From: Mobula hypostoma | Lineage: Eukaryota | Direction of reading: 5' to 3' | Length of the DNA stretch: 64,000 nucleotides | Assembly (NCBI RefSeq): GCF_963921235.1 | Contig: NC_086097.1 | Coordinates: 147,934,001-147,998,000, forward strand | Shown: one piece after another, positions 61,411 to 64,000 of the stretch | How the letters are laid out: the number at the start of each line of letters is the position of its first letter | Numbering within the stretch: the first letter of the stretch is position 1 | Made by a program: the position numbers and the translations under genes | The notes under the pieces: model-generated | Seen by the model: only the letters and a program-made list of their open reading frames with translations | Told to the model about the DNA's origin: nothing | The model's database searches: none

Positions 61411-63075
61411 TTAACATCATTTCAAATTAGATATTGTTCTATGATTTTGTTCAATACTGATCTGTGAAATACTGATTTTTTTTTAACTTCACCTTGATAA
61501 TAGAAATGAAAAATGAAGTTTTCAAAGCTGGCTATTAGCTTTGCAGAATCTATTTTTTCTAAGGTTAAAAAGTAAAGCAGAAATGTAAGCTTAATAACAC
61601 CAATTTAAAATGCTGTATGTGTTATATTTGGTCAACTTTTCTATGAATCCAAATTGAGGACAATAGAGATATTTGAGAGCGCCAATTTCTGTTCAACAGA
61701 AAATGTGAAGAAAGCTTTAAACTTGCTTCCCCCTTGTCAGCAGTCTTCTGTCTTGTGAAGTAATACAATGCAGCTGACTTGAAAACATTTTTGTCATAAT
61801 CATTGACCCTGCAGATGTTTTGACATCACCTTTGCCCAATTCAAATGACCTTTAACCTTCCTAGGAAAAAAAACATTCTGCTTAGTTGCTTCAAAAAAAA
61901 AATTACTGAATGATGTTGACGTTTTAATATCTTTTATAGACAGGAATCAGCTTCTTGTTAATATTAGTTACTCACTATAATGAAAACATTCAGATGAAAT
62001 CTTTTCTTAATCAACTCCATTATGCCTTTGCTGCTTTGATATATTATCTAATGCAAGATTTTATAATTTTTTTAGTTCATTTTGGACATCACAGGGAGGT
62101 ACATTGCAAGATTTATCACCTGAAAGATGAATTGTAATGGAGAAAATCAGCAACGTCTTATCCAGAAAATTTGCAGTACAATTGACTGCTTACCCCACTC
62201 CTGAAAATTTGAATCACATTTTGCAAGGAACAGAGTTGCCCATTAAATCAAGTCTGTTGTCATTCAGGAGGATCATGGCTAATTTACACCTGGACTCCCT
62301 TAAATCTGTATTCCTTGAAAATGTTAACCTAAGATTGAACTTGGTATTCTCTGGTCTTAAATTTTTCAATTAGCTCATCATCAATAGGAAAGAAATCAAG
62401 ATTTTCACTGCCTATTATTTCCAGTTGTGGTACTGAAACTAACTTGTAAGCGGCCCAACTGGATTTTTCACTTAGCTAATTGTTTTTGCTTGAAACCTAT
62501 GGCTCTAGGATTACTCATTTTTATCTTTTTTTCCAATACGTGATGAGTAAATATTTTAATGAACTACCTGTGTGTTCTATAGAATATTGTGGAAGTAGAA
62601 TTTTCATTTTCAGAGTTCATGTAACATTGGTCTTCTACAGTTATATATCACAACGATGCAGTGGGTCACCAAAGCAGATGGAAAGAATTCAATGATCCTA
62701 GAACATTTTAAAGCACCATTACTGATATGCACTTAAGTCGATTAAAGCTGTGTTCAATATTCTGTAATACCAAATTGATTGATAGCATAGCCCCAGTCTA
62801 TGTATATTCTAGTAAACAGATTACAGTAAGTACTAGCATTTGTTGGTAGATAATGTATCTATGCAGATGGTCAATAAAAATTGTAACTTTCAAATTTCAA
62901 GGGACATTGTACACTTGAAGAGAGCTGGGGGATTGTTGAAAATGTGAACAGGCACTTGAAAATAAATCAGTTGGTCATGTGTAGATTGCTGTTTATTTTT
63001 TATTCTGTTTCATTTATCAGAAATATGGATGCGTAGCGCATGGAAGTTCAAAGCTATTTTCTGTTTGTATTTTAG

Positions 63076-63207
63076 ATGCCTGTTTGTTCTTACTACCTCA
63101 AAGGAATCTGCAGCAGCAATAACTGTCCTTATAGCCATGTGTATGTGTCAAGGAAGGCAGAAGTTTGCCAAGATTTCCTGAAAGGATACTGTCCACTAGG
63201 AGCAAAG
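63076..63207 (+). CDS. ZC3H3: Internal coding exon of ZC3H3 (third and part of fourth CCCH finger)
   Basis: Acceptor gtttgtattttAG and donor GTacat. Translates MPVCSYYLKGICSSNNCPYSHVYVSRKAEVCQDFLKGYCPLGAK, the direct phase-0 continuation of the 31471-31540 exon. Confidence 0.95.
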
Positions 63208-64000
63208 GTACATAAAAGTGAACAGAAAAAAAAGTTCATTTGTTAGTACTAACCAGTTACTAAAAGTTTTCATTTGGCTGTGATAAGACACTTCTTTAAA
63301 ATATTTGTGTTTTGTGTCTTTCTTTCTGCAGTGTTGTGGGAAGATAATGCTACTTTTTCTTATAGCATACTAACGTCCTTTCTGTTGTGCTTGGTTGAAA
63401 AAGGTACCTTGTAGTTCCATCAGTCAAATGAGGAAACCTCATATTTTCTTTGGATCAATAGAAGTGTGGACATATTTTAAGTACTATGTGGTTGTAGAAA
63501 GAAGTAGAAGATCTTCTGGTGTTGCATTATTACACTGCACCAGGGTTATAGATTTTCGTAGAATGATAAACCACATTTGCCTCAACAACCTGTTCCCTTC
63601 TTTGATAACCATGACCTGATTGCATGCGGAGTGGTGGTGCTGTCTTGCCAAAGATAATGGTCAATGTTTGGAACAGGAAGGTCTTCAAGCAATAAGAGAA
63701 AATAAGACAATGGTAACATGGAAAACTGAATCAAGTGAGGGGGTGACTGACAAGCAAAGTGTAACTGGCTTGAGCATAAAATGTGAACAAAAATGTGCAG
63801 AAGCAGATAAATCCAGAGCTAATATAAACCGTAAAGAAAAAGCAAGCTTTTCTTTGAATGCATGTGACATTGGCAGTAAGATAGGTGAGTTGAGAGCACA
63901 GATAGCAAAACAAGTATGATCTAATATCTATTCACAGAGACGTGTTCATAGGGTGATCAGAACAGGATGCTCAATATTCCTGATTATACAGTGTTCCAAA

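Overview
Eukaryotic, repeat-rich vertebrate genomic DNA. The repeat mix (abundant CR1 LINEs, an HE1/V-SINE-like element, Penelope-like repeats) suggests a cartilaginous fish, but that is inference. The only host coding sequence I can support is three consecutive + strand exons of the CCCH zinc-finger gene ZC3H3 (30323-30481, 31471-31540, 63076-63207), with a 31.5 kb intron between the last two. The rest is mostly intronic and filled with mobile DNA: a complete 4.4 kb CsRN1-clade Gypsy LTR retrotransposon (tRNA-Trp PBS, -1 frameshift signal, AT-hook on the integrase), a full-length L1 with a 16-bp TSD, several CR1, Rex1/Babar, HERO-like and R4-like LINE fragments, Buster-type hAT and Tc1/mariner non-autonomous elements, a decayed retrovirus-like remnant, and Penelope-like insertions carrying minimal hammerhead ribozyme motifs. 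The most notable observations are: (i) two independent Penelope-like insertions at the homologous position of two diverged copies of one host repeat; (ii) a palindromic, TSD-flanked double-hammerhead mini-element; (iii) three short inverted duplications 1-2.5 kb apart, one copying a transposon/host junction. I found no wholly new gene system. All alignments were done by eye, and the boundaries of decayed repeats are approximate.
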